Assembly: GCF_036321535.1 (NCBI RefSeq)
Contig: NC_087472.1
Span: 91,142,001 to 91,206,000, forward strand
DNA length: 64,000 nucleotides
Source: Camelus dromedarius
Taxonomy: Eukaryota
Reading direction: 5' to 3'
In this document: in pieces, positions 1-13,144 of the stretch
How positions within the stretch are numbered: the first letter of the stretch is position 1
Layout of the letters: every line of letters starts with the position of its first letter
The notes under the pieces: model-generated
What the model saw: the letters and a program-made list of their open reading frames with translations, nothing else
What the model was told of the DNA's origin: nothing
Database searches by the model: none
Made by a program: the position numbers and the translations under genes

Positions 1-584
1 GGAATATTAATTAGGCTACCTAATTCATTGTAGAAAACATGAAATCTTAGGATCATTAATAAAAATGTCAGATAGTAAAGTGTCCATGACTGCTTTAGAT
101 TTCAAATAAAACCCTAGTTTTTGTTCTCCTTTTAATTTTCAAGTTTATAAAAAAAACTTGGAGGTACTTTATTTTCACTTTTTGTATTTCTTTTCCCTTC
201 AGTATCTGTCAGTGATGTTTTCTTCTAGTTGTCAGTCAGTTAAAATCCTTTCGCTCTAGATTTGCTTAATATCTGGGTTTCCTTCCTCGGTCAGCGTGAT
301 TTCAAGCAGTATGAGAAAAAGGCCAAACTTAATTGTTTTCTTCTGAAATTTCAACAGTTACTTTTTTCTATGGCTCAGAAAGTATTTTTAAAAAGTATTT
401 GAATTTTAGTACCAAAAGGTTTAATTAAGGAAAAGTATAAAAGTTATTATGCCAATTCTTTACATTTCTGAGAATTCATTTTACAAGGGTTTGCTTGACA
501 GAATTTTCTTTTATTCCCTAAAGCTTCAGTATAGTAGTGTACTTTTGGCCTAACGTCTTATCCTTTGAAATTACTGTGTTTTAG

Positions 585-750
585 TAGAAAGGGCACTGAG
601 AGTCAGGAGACCAAGAATCTGGAACTGACTCTCCATTTACCTAGTTAAGTGCTTGTTTTCAAGTCATGTAACTTCCCAGGCATCTCTTTCCTCATCTGTA
701 AATGAGTTGAATTGGAGTAGGTCAACCCCAAGCGTTCTCCCAGCTCTAAA
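585..750 (+). mobile_element. MIR SINE remnant
   Basis: gagtcaggagacc...caagtcatgtaacttcccaggcatctctttcctcatctgtaaatgag resembles the MIR core. Confidence 0.65.
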
Positions 751-1090
751 ATGACGTTATATGCCCCGTTTTAAATTTAACTTTATTTGGTTCTCAGCAG
801 AAGTGAAGTGTTTGCTTTCATTTTTATATAAAATGTACTTTCTCCTAAAGTAAATATGCGGTAAGAATATGTACATATCTATATATATATTTATGAAATA
901 CAGAAAAGGTCATGATAATTGAGAAACTTTCAGATTATTTGAAAAGCAGTGAATAATAGTGTTTTAGGCTAATAAAGTAGTTCTGAATTCTGTATTTTAA
1001 TGGAAAACTGCCTTATAGTACTGTAACATTTTAAAAGGAGGGAGCCTTTTATTTGATTACTGTCTGTTGGAACATCTGAAATGTCAGTTT

Positions 1091-1142
1091 GGTGGGTGGG
1101 TGGGTGTGTGTGTGCGTGTGTGCGTGCGTGCGCGCGCGCGTA
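1091..1142. repeat. Compound (GGGT)n/(GT)n/(GC)n microsatellite
   Basis: ggtgggtgggtgggtgtgtgtgtgcgtgtgtgcgtgcgtgcgcgcgcgcgta read directly. Confidence 0.9.
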
Positions 1143-2009
1143 ACTCAAAAAGATCAGATCTTTCAATGATTTCGAAAGTTTACCAAGCTACTTTTCAGTG
1201 GGTAAAAACTTTTGAGACTGGGGGGGTGTGAATAAATTTCATAAAAGCAGTTGAGACCTGGTTTTGTGTTAAATTAACATAACTTTGGTGAAGTCATGGT
1301 ACCGTAATTCAAAAAGTGGATTTTTTTTCCTTTACTGATTTGTTTGTTTAACTTAATCTTTCATAATACAACAAGATAGTTGAAGTTATATAGGGATAAC
1401 TTAGTTACCTGCATGACAGTTATGTTTCCTCAGGGGCACCCAATCCACAATAGGTGATCAATGTGTTGAAAGAAAAGTAAAGGCTGCTTTAGATTTTTTT
1501 ATTGTTTTGACTCTAGGAATTTTATTGTAATTTTTTTCTCTTTGGGGTTTCAGTGCCTTTTGAAAACTAAAGCATGGTTATTTTCATGTTTATCAGTTTA
1601 AATGTTAATGATGGATATTACTTATACTTGTATATTGCAGCAACTGTGGTGAATCCAAGATAGCCCAGCATCTCAATTTGTTGAGATGCAACAAGTGTAA
1701 AATGAGTCCTGGATTTGGAGTCAGAAAAGTTGGGGTTGAGTCACAGTGTTCATTAGTAGGTACTTTACATTTCTGTAGCAGTAGCAGTAGTGGTAGTACT
1801 AGTTATGTGAGCTAAATGTCTGTAAAATAATATAAATCATTTGGGACCTCCTTTTCAGGATAGATGACCATGAAGCTTTTTGTGCTTAAAATACTATTCT
1901 CTACTTATTCTGTGACAATTGTATTTACATAACTCTCTGGCAAAGCTTGACTTTCATTATTAGGGTTTGTTAATTTTGCTAATGTTACTTTTGCCATTTT
2001 TCCTTCTAG

Positions 2010-3471
2010 CATAACAACAATCTTGAAGCCTGTTGCCGAGCCCTTTCCCAGGAGAGTAGCAAATACTTATATATGGAATACCATAGTCCAGATGACAACA
2101 GGATGAATAGAAATCGCCTTTTGCATATTAACCTGGGTATCCATTCTCCTGGTAGCTACCACCCAGGAGATGGAATGCAACTTAATGGTGGTCGAACACT
2201 GGTACACAGTTCAAGTGATGGACATATTGATCCACAGCATGCAGCAGGTAAACAGCTTATATGTTTAGTTCAGGAACCACACTCAGCTCCAGCTGTTGTG
2301 GCTGCTACTCCCAACTACAATCCATTTTTTATGACTGAGCAGAACAGAAGTGCAGCTACTCCTCCTTCACAGCCACCTCAACAGCCATCTTCCATTCAAA
2401 CGGGAATGAATCCATCTGCTATGCAAGGGCCTTCACCACCACCGCCGCCTCCTCCTTCATACATGCACATACCTCGGTATAGTACAAATCCAATTACTGT
2501 TACAGTATCCCAAAACCTCCCTTCTGGACAGACTGTACCAAGAGCTTTACAAATTCTTCCACAAATTCCAGGCAATCTTTATGGGTCTCCTGGTTCTATT
2601 TATATTAGACAGACATCTCAGAGTTCATCGGGAAGACAAACTCCTCAGAGTACGCCGTGGCAGTCCTCACCACAGGGCCCAGTGCCTCATTATAGCCAAC
2701 GTCCTTTACCTGTTTATCCACATCAACAGAACTACCAGCCTTCTCAGTATTCTCCCAAACAACAGCAGATCCCGCAACCTGCTTACCATTCACCACCTCC
2801 TTCTCAGTGTCCTTCACCCTTCAGCTCTCCACAGCATCAAGTGCAACCTTCCCAGTTGGGCCACCCAAGTTCCCACGTCTTCATGCCACCTAGTCCTTCA
2901 GCTACTCCACCCCATCCATATCAACAAGGACCTCCTAGCTATCAGAAACAGGGAAGCCATTCAGTAGCCTATCTCCCATATGCAACATCTAGCTTACCCA
3001 AAGGATCCATGAAGAAGATAGAAATTACAGTTGAACCCTCTCAGAGATCTGGGACAGCAATTAATAGGAGCCCTTCACCTATCAGTAATCAGCCATCTCC
3101 ACGGAATCAGCACTCATTGTACACGGCCACCACGCCACCTTCCAGTTCACCTTCAAGAGGGATATCCAGTCAACCAAAACCTCCATTTAGTGTTAATCCT
3201 GTGTATATCACATATACACAGCCAACTGGACCTTCTTGTGCTCCATCACCATCTCCTCGGATGATACCAAACCCAACTACAGTTTTTAAGATTACTGTAG
3301 GCCGAGCAGCAACTGAAAATCTTTTAAATTTAGTGGACCAAGAAGAGCGTTCTGCAGCCCCAGAACCTATTCAGCCCATTTCAGTGATACCAGGCTCTGG
3401 GGGAGAAAAAGGAAGCCATAAATATCAGAGGAGTTCTAGTTCTGGATCAGATGACTATGCCTATACACAAG
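2010..3471 (+). CDS. TAB3: TAB3 large internal coding exon (C-terminal half of CUE domain and Pro/Ser/Gln-rich region)
   Basis: Acceptor ttttccttctag|CAT at 2009/2010; reads HNNNLEACCRALSQESSKYLYMEYHSPDD...SSSSGSDDYAYTQ in the frame of ORF 2073..3560; donor AAG|gtaatt at 3471/3472; 1462 bp, ends phase 1. Protein recognised as TAB3. Confidence 0.97.
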
Positions 3472-4315
3472 GTAATTTTATTAAATTCATTCTTTGTGGT
3501 AAGGTGTCAATCTCCTATTCAAAAGAAATTTATATTAGCTATTTAAATATTGGGCAGTAGCATTCCTATTAGAACAGGGTTAGTGCTTCAGGATTGTCTA
3601 TACTTTGTGTTAAAGTATAAAAATACAGGCATGATAATAATGAACTAAGAAGACTTTTTTTTTTTTAAGAAAGAACATTCACTGGGGAAAAAATATAGAC
3701 AAGTGAAACCAATATTGTCAAAAATACAAACTACAGAGTGGGAAAAAGAGATTCAGAGAGTGTGGACTAAATTTCATTAAAGTGAAAAAAATTTTAATCT
3801 TTTCTAGAGGATTGCTTGAAGGGTGTAATGATGTTTTTAAGTAAAGTATATTTGTAAGAAGTGGGATTGGTACTGAAGAACTTTGTTGGATTAGTTCACA
3901 ATGGACCTAACTAAATATAAGGAGAATAGAGTATTTTAAAGGTCTGTTTCAAAATATCTAAGAATTGAATATTCTTTCAGTATATAAGGGAAGTAATTAT
4001 GATTGTAATTCAATATGCCAGGTATTGAGCCTGTTTAAAATGAACACAGGTACAATTAAAGAGAATCCTAGGGAAACTAAGGATGATAGAATAAGAGGGA
4101 TGTATAGATGATGTCATTTTGGCAGCGGTTACAAGAGCTAAATTAAAGCAGATATGAAGGCAGAATAGCATTAGAAAGACATGAGAATAAATGCGAACTC
4201 AAGTTGGAATACTGGGTTCCTTACGGGTATTTCATACATTAGCAATGCATATGGGAATTTTCCAGTTACTTGTTCAGTGTTATTCTCTGCAATGACTTTA
4301 TCTGTAATGCTATAG

Positions 4316-4476
4316 CCTTGCTGTTACATCAGCGAGCAAGGATGGAGAGGTTAGCAAAGCAATTGAAACTTGAGAAAGAGGAGCTAGAGCGGTTGAAGGC
4401 TGAAGTTAACGGTATGGAGCATGACCTGATGCAGAGACGGCTCAGAAGGGTCAGCTGCACCACTGCAATCCCAACG
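4316..4476 (+). CDS. TAB3: TAB3 coding exon (coiled coil, TAK1-binding region)
   Basis: gctatag|CC TTG acceptor; (A)LLLHQRARMERLAKQLKLEKEELERLKAEVNGMEHDLMQRRLRRVSCTTAIPT; donor ACG|gtaagt; 161 bp, phase 1 to 0. Confidence 0.97.
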
Positions 4477-7400
4477 GTAAGTGATCCGTTAGGATGTATG
4501 GATAGGAAGGTGGGGGTGTTGGCCATGCGGCCAGTTGGTTTTCTTTTAGGTTCTGTTCCTGGCACAGTTGTTTTCGTTTCTGAAACAATGGATGAAGGAC
4601 TTTTGCCTTCAGTAGTTCTAGTCGAAATAAGTTGATGATTTTTTGCAAATGTATGAATTTCATATGCTTATCTGTATTTTCAAGTACTGACATTTATAAT
4701 CACGGTATAGATCTCATTTACTATAAATCGCTGTCAGAATAGAAACAAAAAGTGCACCTTGACCAAATATTTTATAAAATGTTCTCATGTATTCATTTAT
4801 TCTTTCAAGCATCTAAGTTATTCTTCTAAGTGTATCAATTTATGAGTTAGAACAAGATAAATATGCATTTTGAGGAAGTGTTGACTACAGAATACTTTAA
4901 AGCAGGTCAGTTTTGTTAAGTGTAAATAATTGTATAAACTAAAATAACAGTATTGATAGTGCTCCTCACAGGAACTCCTGTAATGAAAAGATTCAGGTAA
5001 TATTTTGGCGGCGGGGGCAGTTAAGGTAATATATTATCAACATATTGGTTAATATGTATGAGTTCTAAAGATCTTAGAAAATTCTGAAAAATTTTAAAGC
5101 AAGTGTCCTAAAATCTTGTGACATCACAAACTCTGTGATCCAGCCTATCATTTCACCTTTCAGCATTCATTCATTCAACAAGCATTTTTTACAGTTTATA
5201 AATGTGGTCCTGTGCTAGGTGCTTAGTGTTTTATGTGCTGGTGGGAGAAATAGATCCTCAACAGATAACTGTAATACAGTATGGTAAGTGCTGTGTCTGC
5301 TCACAGGTAATAATGAGAGAACTCATAGAGCAATTGGTTTATCCGTGTATACTCAGTGCACTTCGTTTTCTCACATTATCTTCCTGCTGGATTGTTCTGC
5401 TAAAGCTCTGCGTGTATAAATCATCTGTTCTTTAGGACTCAGCTTAATCTCTTCTTTTTTCACGGAACCTTTCCTCATGTTCCTACTCTCTTTAAACTGA
5501 GAGTAATCTCTCTCTTAGAGATTAGAAATTTAGAGAAGTGAGCATGTATGTCAGGTCTCTTGCAGACAGCATGTCTGCAACTTTACCCTCAGAAGATTTT
5601 AACTGAAATTCGTGGCTTCAAAGCGTATCTGTGAGTCCTTAAATTATATGCAGTTTCGTGTGTTTATGTGAAAGGCAGGTCTGTAGCTTGCATCTGATTT
5701 TCATAAGGTTATTAGACCTCACCCTTTTTTCCTTCAATCTGATAACCTTATGAAAGTATTACAGCAGAAGTTATTAATACTAAATGGTATAGTATTGCTA
5801 TATAAGCAAAGAGGAAAGGGGGGAAGTATTTTAGAAGAGAAAAGTTGAGGTAACAGAGGCTTCAAGTCAAGACAGAAGTCAAGTCAACAACAGCTCCCTT
5901 GCTTAAGCTGAGATTTCTGGTGTCTTAACAGGTCAATGTGCAGGTTGATGCTAGTGTTTGAACTGTATTCTGCTGGTAATGGGGAACCAGTGGAAGTTTT
6001 TGAGGAGATCAAGGAGAAACAGGCATATTTAATAATTTAATGAATTTTTTTTCTAATATTGACTAAAATAGCTAAGTATAATCAGTATTAGAAGGGTTTT
6101 AATTAAAACACATGGATAATTACAAAGCTATCTTTAACTAAAAGGTGATATTAATATAAATCATATTTGTGCCTCATTTTCCCTCCACTGGAAATCTGAA
6201 TTATATCCTCTGCTTGGTTGAGATACTGAAGAATTCCCATATGGGAATCCACCAGTGATGTTTGGGTACTTTGGAGTCCTTTAAATACATGTGGAGTATA
6301 AACAAAGAAGTCATTTTTCTCTAAAATAACCGTATAAACTTTGTTTAGCAACCTCTTGGCTGTGTAATAATCCATGCTAAAACCCTATTGATTTTGGGGG
6401 TTGTTGGCTAATGTAGCATAGATTAGTGCTTTTGAGTAGTGCTCAAAAAAAAAAAGAGAGTTTTTATTGAGACTTCTTTAGAAAAAGAGAGAAATTAGTA
6501 AAACTACTGCCCTAGGCCATAATTTAATTTGTTATTACAGGGAATTTCAAAGGTATGTAAGGAGAATAGGATAGTGAACCTCTGTGTAGTAACCACCCAG
6601 CTTCAGAAATTAGTAGCTCACGTGAATTTCTAATTTCGTATTTGAGAGATGAGAAATTTGAGTGTGTGATTCCCATGTATTGCCAATGCCAGGCCTAGAA
6701 GAAGATGGAAGACTAATAAGAGTGCAAGGTTGATGAACAGTTATACGTGGTGGTTTAGATGTAGGCTTTCAATTTCAGGTGTGAATTTGAATCCTACTTC
6801 TGCTACTTATGTGTCGCTCATATATCCTTGGATAAGCAGCTTTCTTTATGCTTGTTTTCTTATCTATAATATATATGTGAATACCCATTGCATGGGATTT
6901 TTGTTAGGATAATATAAGATACATTAAACAATTTATACAATGCCCAACAAATAGTATTCTTACAAAATGTATTGTTTACAAGATATGGGAAAAAGTCTGC
7001 TCTCATACATACGCGCAACACAAATTGGAACTATTTTGCAAAATTTGATTTCTTTTTAACTTTAGGAACATGCATAACATAAAGGTATATCATGTAGGAA
7101 ATTAAGAAATTGTTTGGTCAGAATTCCCTTTTTGTTCATAGAGACTCACTCGTGACACCATGACGTATTGAGAGAGTGCCCACATAGGCTCTGGAACCAA
7201 AGTAACTCTGTGCTCACTGGTTCTAACTTCTCTGCATTTGATTTTCTCTATCTTTATAGCGGAATTATAAGAAGTACATTTTAGTATCGTTGTCAACATA
7301 AAGAGACAATATATGTAAAGTGCCTCGCCCAGTAAATGGCTATCGCTATCATTGTCCCACTCACGTAGGATTATGCAAGATAGTTGACTTTTTTGCTACT

Positions 7401-9369
7401 AAGCACATATTGCCACCTTTAAGTTTTCAAACTAATTTATTATCAAGCAGTGTATAGAAACTTAGTTAGAAACCCATGTGCCTCATGAGACTGGAATGCA
7501 CATTTGTGACCAGCTATGTGTGCAGTTGCAGAAACTTAGAGGGGCAGTGAAATAATCTTTGCAAGGAAGGCAGAAGTGAAAGATGCATGACGACCATCAT
7601 TTCTCAATCTACTATTTGCAAAGCATTGTATAAAATGCTGTGGAAGATGTCATCTCTTAAAGAGATCTGTATGTGAAAAGATACACATATATGTCTATGA
7701 ACCTGTATGTATGTGTGAGTGTGTGTAAGAGAGAGGGAGAAATGCTAATGTAAGACAGTAAATCAGAAGTGCTGGCCGGCTAAATGGTAATGATATTAAG
7801 TACTTTTAGAGCTCTGAGATAGAAGTGTTAGCTTTTTGCTACTAGGGCTCAAAGATGAGACCGTTCCACGGAGAAGGGGGAAATTTAAGTTATTCCTTGA
7901 AGGATAAATAAGATTGTAATAAGCAGAGAGCTTCCAGTTACTCCTTCCCTCAAGTCCCTCCCTCCCCATCTTGTTCTGATCAATTGGGTTTTTGGACCAA
8001 CACACAGCTTTAAGTCCCAAATGCGTAACTGGGGCAAGCCACCCAAGAACACAAGTTCTTAAAATGCTGAAACAGTTGACCTAAGGTATTTCTGCTACCT
8101 TTTGAAAAAAGATTAGAATTTTTTACCTAGAAATGTCAGATATAAGCATCCTAGTTTTTATAAACAAGTCTGAAATTACACACAGCCAATCTTGAAACCC
8201 CCTCCTTGATGAAAATACAGCATACTTTTTGACAAATAGTAACATTTCAGAAGCAGCTTTGTTTTCCTCAATCAGAAGCTATGAAAAGGGACATAGGAAT
8301 CTTACAGATAAACTGTTAGTTTAGTGAGTTCCAGTGGTTCTGCTGTATTTGGAAATGAGCCCGTTGACAAGAGCTTTGTTGTGATTGTTATAAGCAAATG
8401 TGCAGTAGCCTCTTAACTATAAAGTTTATTATAATGTTTCCATACTTAGTTACAGAGCTTCACTATTCAGGACCACTGTGACTGAAACATCCCCATTTTC
8501 CCCCAAATATATAAGTGGGATCGAGACCTCCTTCAGGTACTTGGCTTTTCCCAGTGTGATTCTACAAAAGAGTAGATTCTTTCCCATATTCCTAGGAAGA
8601 CATCATCACTCTCTGAAACCGTTGAACAAGTGCTTTATTCTTAATATAAATGCTCAGATGTTTTAAACTTTTCAGTGGTAATATTTAATATAGACAAGGG
8701 GTAAGCATTTTATATGTTACAGGAGTGAGAAAAGAAATTACTAATACTAAATATTTCTAAATGACTTTTGTGTTCCCCTAGCATTTTCAGGGATTATAAC
8801 TGTTTTAAACTTTTGACATGTGCTAATTTAATGGACATTCCTAGTTAATCTGCTAATATGTCTCGACAGCATGAGATCTTCCGTTATTCGGAATTAAGAT
8901 AACTCTTCTTGCTCATTTTTTTCCACTCTTACATTTAGTTTTTGGCAAAATACATGTTTTTAACAGAATAGGATTTTATTGTCTTCCTATCGTAGCAGAT
9001 ATTTATCTTTTATTTTATATAGTTGAAATCACCTTAATAACTGAGTGAATAGCTAGACTGTGCTGAAAGCTTCACTCCCCATGCCTCTGGAGTCTAAACT
9101 GTACATGTATGTAAATAATAAGGAAATTCAGAATGTCAGGGGAAGTAGAGGTGTCCAAAAAACTTTAGGGCTCTTTTCACCTTTCAGTGTCTCATGTAAT
9201 GCCCCTGAGAGGCCTAGGGAGTAGGCTGGCTCAAAGATCAAGGCAGAAGGAAACAGAATTGAAGAATAAGGTTCCTGAAATTTTCACGTACTAGGTTAAT
9301 TGCTGGCTTTGATCCAGAAAATAAGAACTTGAGAAAGGATTTCTATTTAAGTTTATATTGAGGACTTCT

Positions 9370-9570
9370 ATATAAATCCTGGCTGTACCAATTACTAGCT
9401 TTTATTACCTTGTGATAATTATATATAACCTCTTTGTGCTTCAGCTTCCTCATGTATATACTGGGAGTGATATCAGTACTTACCTTGCAAGATTGTCTTG
9501 GGGAAAGAATGAGAGAATTCTGGTGAGCATAGTGCGTGGCACTTAGTAAGCATTAATTAGTACTGCTGTA
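9370..9570 (+). mobile_element. MIR SINE remnant
   Basis: aacctctttgtgcttcagcttcctcatgtatatactggg...gtgcgtggcacttagtaagc resembles the MIR core and tail. Confidence 0.7.
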
Positions 9571-9960
9571 ACTTTTACCAGCATGGACAGGACTAAAATC
9601 ATGGACATTGCTTGTTTAAAAGGTTGATTCTTGTAGTTGCCCTTATCATGAAAACATAGAAATAAAATATTCTCAGTGCTCTGTGATTAAAATGGTAGCA
9701 TGTGTATGAGAGAACATAGTCTAGTATTATAGCCCCGCCACATTATGTGCAGTTTTTGTTTATATGTGGCTATACTGATGTCACCATTATGACTATTCCT
9801 TGAAAATAACATACAGGACTTGTTAAACATGCCCTCTTATGGATTAAGGCCATACTCTTGGTAATAACCAGTCAGAACAATTAACGTGAATAGCAGTTCT
9901 TAAATGTTGGGCTTGATAATGACTTTCCCACAATTGCTATTTTGGGTCCTTTCTTACTAG

Positions 9961-10054
9961 CCTGAGGAAATGACAAGATTGAGAAGCATGAACAGACAAC
10001 TGCAGATAAATGTTGACTGTACACTGAAAGAAGTTGACCTCCTTCAATCTAGAG
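9961..10054 (+). CDS. TAB3: TAB3 coding exon (coiled coil continued)
   Basis: ttcttactag|CCT acceptor; [31 protein letters not shown]; donor GAG|gtatag; 94 bp, phase 0 to 1. Confidence 0.96.
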
Positions 10055-10564
10055 GTATAGACTTGATTATTTGGTAAACCATAAGTTATAGTGTGGTGTT
10101 TTAAGCTGCTTAAATAGCGATCATTTTGGTTTTACAGAAATAATGGATAAAAACTCTCTCTTAAAAGATTACAATCCTGGTAAAGAGATCCCTCCACCCT
10201 GCGGTCATAGATCAGATTTGGGTGATCAAAAAATACCTTTACTTAGGCAACTTCATCATTAAGTTCTTATCATTTAGACTGTTCTATGTTGTTACTCTGC
10301 ATTTATCCTCTTTTAGTCATTACTGTGAATATTTTATAAATTGATGAATTTTAATCTTAAACTTAGTAGATTCTTATTTTATGTGATAGTCATCAAAAAA
10401 TATCTGTAAAAGTAGGGATCCCAAGTGAGAACATCAGATTTCTCAGTTTAAAAATGAATTCCATATGCCATTTTTTTGTTATGTGTTACATGAAAACATT
10501 CAGCTCTGTCTTAGAGATTTTCTTTGTTTTGTTTTGGTTTTGGCTTTCTTATAGAAGTGTACTA

Positions 10565-11455
10565 CAGTAGAAGCTCTCTTAATTGACTTTGATTTACCCA
10601 GCTCACCAGGTTAGAGAGATTCTTCATTTCCTCTGTGAAATATACTGACCAAGTCCACAGCCCCCGCATGCTCCTGATGAGGAGGCTGCATTCGGGAGTG
10701 TCCTCATACTGTTGCTCCTCCCATCAGTTGAATGGTCTGCTTACCAAGAAGAGTCAGGTGTATCTCTTCCCAAACCTGTTTATACCAGTTACTGTACTTC
10801 TGTAACGTAATGTTTTTTAAACTGACATGAATGCAGGAGCTGTGTTTTAAAGACTCAAACAAACACACACTAACAAAAATAGGGACTGTGAATTAGATAT
10901 GGGTGAAAAGAGTTAAAGAGGAAAATCTAATAGGATTCTGTTCTCAAATTAAATATCCTTAAAGTGTCTTCCTTGCTCCATTCTAAAATCAAAACAGCAA
11001 ATTATAGATCAGGGTTCAGCAAACTAGCCTACTGCCTGTTTTTGTACATAAAATTCTAATGGAACAGAGCCTTGCCCATTTGTTTACATATTGTGTGGGG
11101 CTGTTTTTGTGTTTCAACAGGACAGTTGAGGGCTTACAACAGTATTACAGTCCACAAATCCTGAAATTTTGATTTTCTGGCCCGTTACAGACAAAATTTA
11201 CTTACCCCCCACGTTAGATCCTCATGATAGGTGTAGTTTATTAAGACAGACGGATAGACAGTATAGAACTCTAGTCAACAGACACCTAGAGAAGAGGTCT
11301 TGGTCCAACATAAAAATACTGCTATGTTTATGTTTTGTTGCATTAAAGTTGATGTGATTGTTCTTTAACAATTTTGTGTTTTACTCAGAGCCCCCACCCC
11401 CACGCCTCACACCACTCAATGTTCTTAATTATGGCAGCTAAGAGAGCTTCTACTG
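10565..11455. mobile_element. Non-autonomous Tc1/mariner (Tigger-like) DNA transposon
   Basis: Perfect 17-bp terminal inverted repeats cagtagaagctctctta (10565-10581) / taagagagcttctactg (11439-11455), each flanked by TA. Confidence 0.8.
11010..11210 (+). mobile_element. MER58-like hAT-Charlie MITE nested in the Tigger element
   Basis: cagggttcagcaaact...ctgcctgtttttgtacataaaattctaatggaacagagcc...ctggcccgttacagacaaaattt matches the recalled MER58A consensus. Confidence 0.7.
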
Positions 11456-13060
11456 TATTGTAAGGTACCTCATTGCCATTTTAGGCAAGATTAAACAGTA
11501 GAAGCAGGGGAACCCAAAAGACGCGGAACTACGTGAACAATAGACAGAAGCAAATTTGCATGTGAAAGTTGAGCAATCTCGTTGGGTATCCTTAGTTATT
11601 TTCAGAAGCTTAGTCACTCTACAGCCTACTGGCGGTAAGGAATGAATTGCTATGCATGATGTGGGGGTTATATAAACTTTGCTACTGTATTAGAAGATTG
11701 CATCAATTTTTTTTTGCTTGTGTGTTCTTTGAAATATTTGGTTAGGATATTTATAGTAAGCCTTATGGGATCTAGACAGTAGATCATCAGCTGTAACGTA
11801 AGTAATTGAAGAAATACATATGCAGCATCTTAAACTGTAAAAAGATCTAATTAATATATCAAATAGCATTGTGGCTTTTATGAGCCGTCACAGGAATTAT
11901 TTTCAGAAAATTATTTTAAAATTGCATATCCAAATGGATAAAGGCATTTGTGTAATAGGACTGCAAGGGAAAGCATTATTAAGGTTTTATAAGCAAAGAG
12001 CTGTGTTTTTTGTCTCCATTGGGCAACAAAGAACTCTTTTTGGTGCTTAAGCATTTCTAAATCTCCTTTCATAAGGGGTCCAAATATATCCACTTTTACT
12101 AAATTCTACTCTCGTGCTCTGGAAAATTTTTATACTGAGTTTCCAATCTAAACTTTTAAGTGACAGAGTAGAAGGAGATCAGTGTATGATTTGATGAAAA
12201 GCAGCTCTGTTGGTTTTGGAGAGGAAAATTTCTGTTGGGGAAAAAAAATGGGTCTAGAAATCAAGAGATCCAACATATTGGAACTATCAGTACCTCTGTA
12301 AATAGGGATGGATACAGGTAAAAAGCTTACCTGGAATTGTGCAGAACAGATTGCGGTGGTAGGTTCACAGATGTGAAGGTAGGACCCAAAGCTGGCAGTG
12401 GATCAAAAGTGATCTTGGAGGAGTCTTGGCAGAACGGGCTGAAACAGACTCACTAGATCAGGGAACGAACATTTTAAGAAAGGTGAAAAATTTTCAGGCA
12501 TTGTTCTTATCATTTTGAAATTGGCAGCATGTCATCTTCTATTGATATCTGTAGGCAACATTTTAAGATTCTCCATTTCTTGAAGAAAGGAATCCATGAT
12601 GTAACAACTTGATTAATCTTTGTAAATTTATATATTTAGCTTCTTCCATAGTTGAATTTATAATGGATAAAATTTTAAGGTAAATTATGAAAGACACAAA
12701 AGTAAGCTTTCTCATGGTTTGTTCATTAAAATCAAAACAAAAACAGTTCACTCATCCTTTCATTTCTCTTCATTTACCTCCCTAAATGCGCCACAAGCTT
12801 AATTCTGTGTAGAATTGAGCTTTACAGTTAGAAAAATAGTCTTTAAGGTGATACGTTGTAGACAGATACTGGTATGGTAGCTTGCTTGGGTCTTTTCTCA
12901 TCAGTGTCAGTGGGAGGAGAGTAGGATACTATAATGAGTTTTGAGACCCTGGAAAACAGTTCCCCTTCTTACATGTTTTATTTCCATTTTTTCCTTATCA
13001 AAAAATTCAAGTAACAGGAGAAAGAGGCCTAAATGCCTGCTCATTTTATTTTCTTTATAG

Positions 13061-13144
13061 GAAACTTTGATCCAAAAGCCATGAATAATTTTTATGACAA
13101 CATAGAACCTGGCCCAGTTGTACCACCCAAGCCATCTAAAAAAG
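13061..13144 (+). CDS. TAB3: TAB3 coding exon (84 bp, symmetric phase 1-1)
   Basis: ttctttatag|GA acceptor; (G)NFDPKAMNNFYDNIEPGPVVPPKPSKK; donor AAG|gtgagt. Confidence 0.96.

Noticed and set aside
2581..3264. Alternative-frame and antisense ORFs over the large exon (128, 70 and 77 aa)
   Set aside because: Shadow ORFs of Pro/Ser/Gln-biased coding sequence with no recognisable homology.
2073..3560. 495-aa ORF as a standalone single-exon gene
   Set aside because: It is an internal TAB3 exon: the frame is open upstream to the acceptor at 2010, and the tail after the donor at 3471 is intron read-through.
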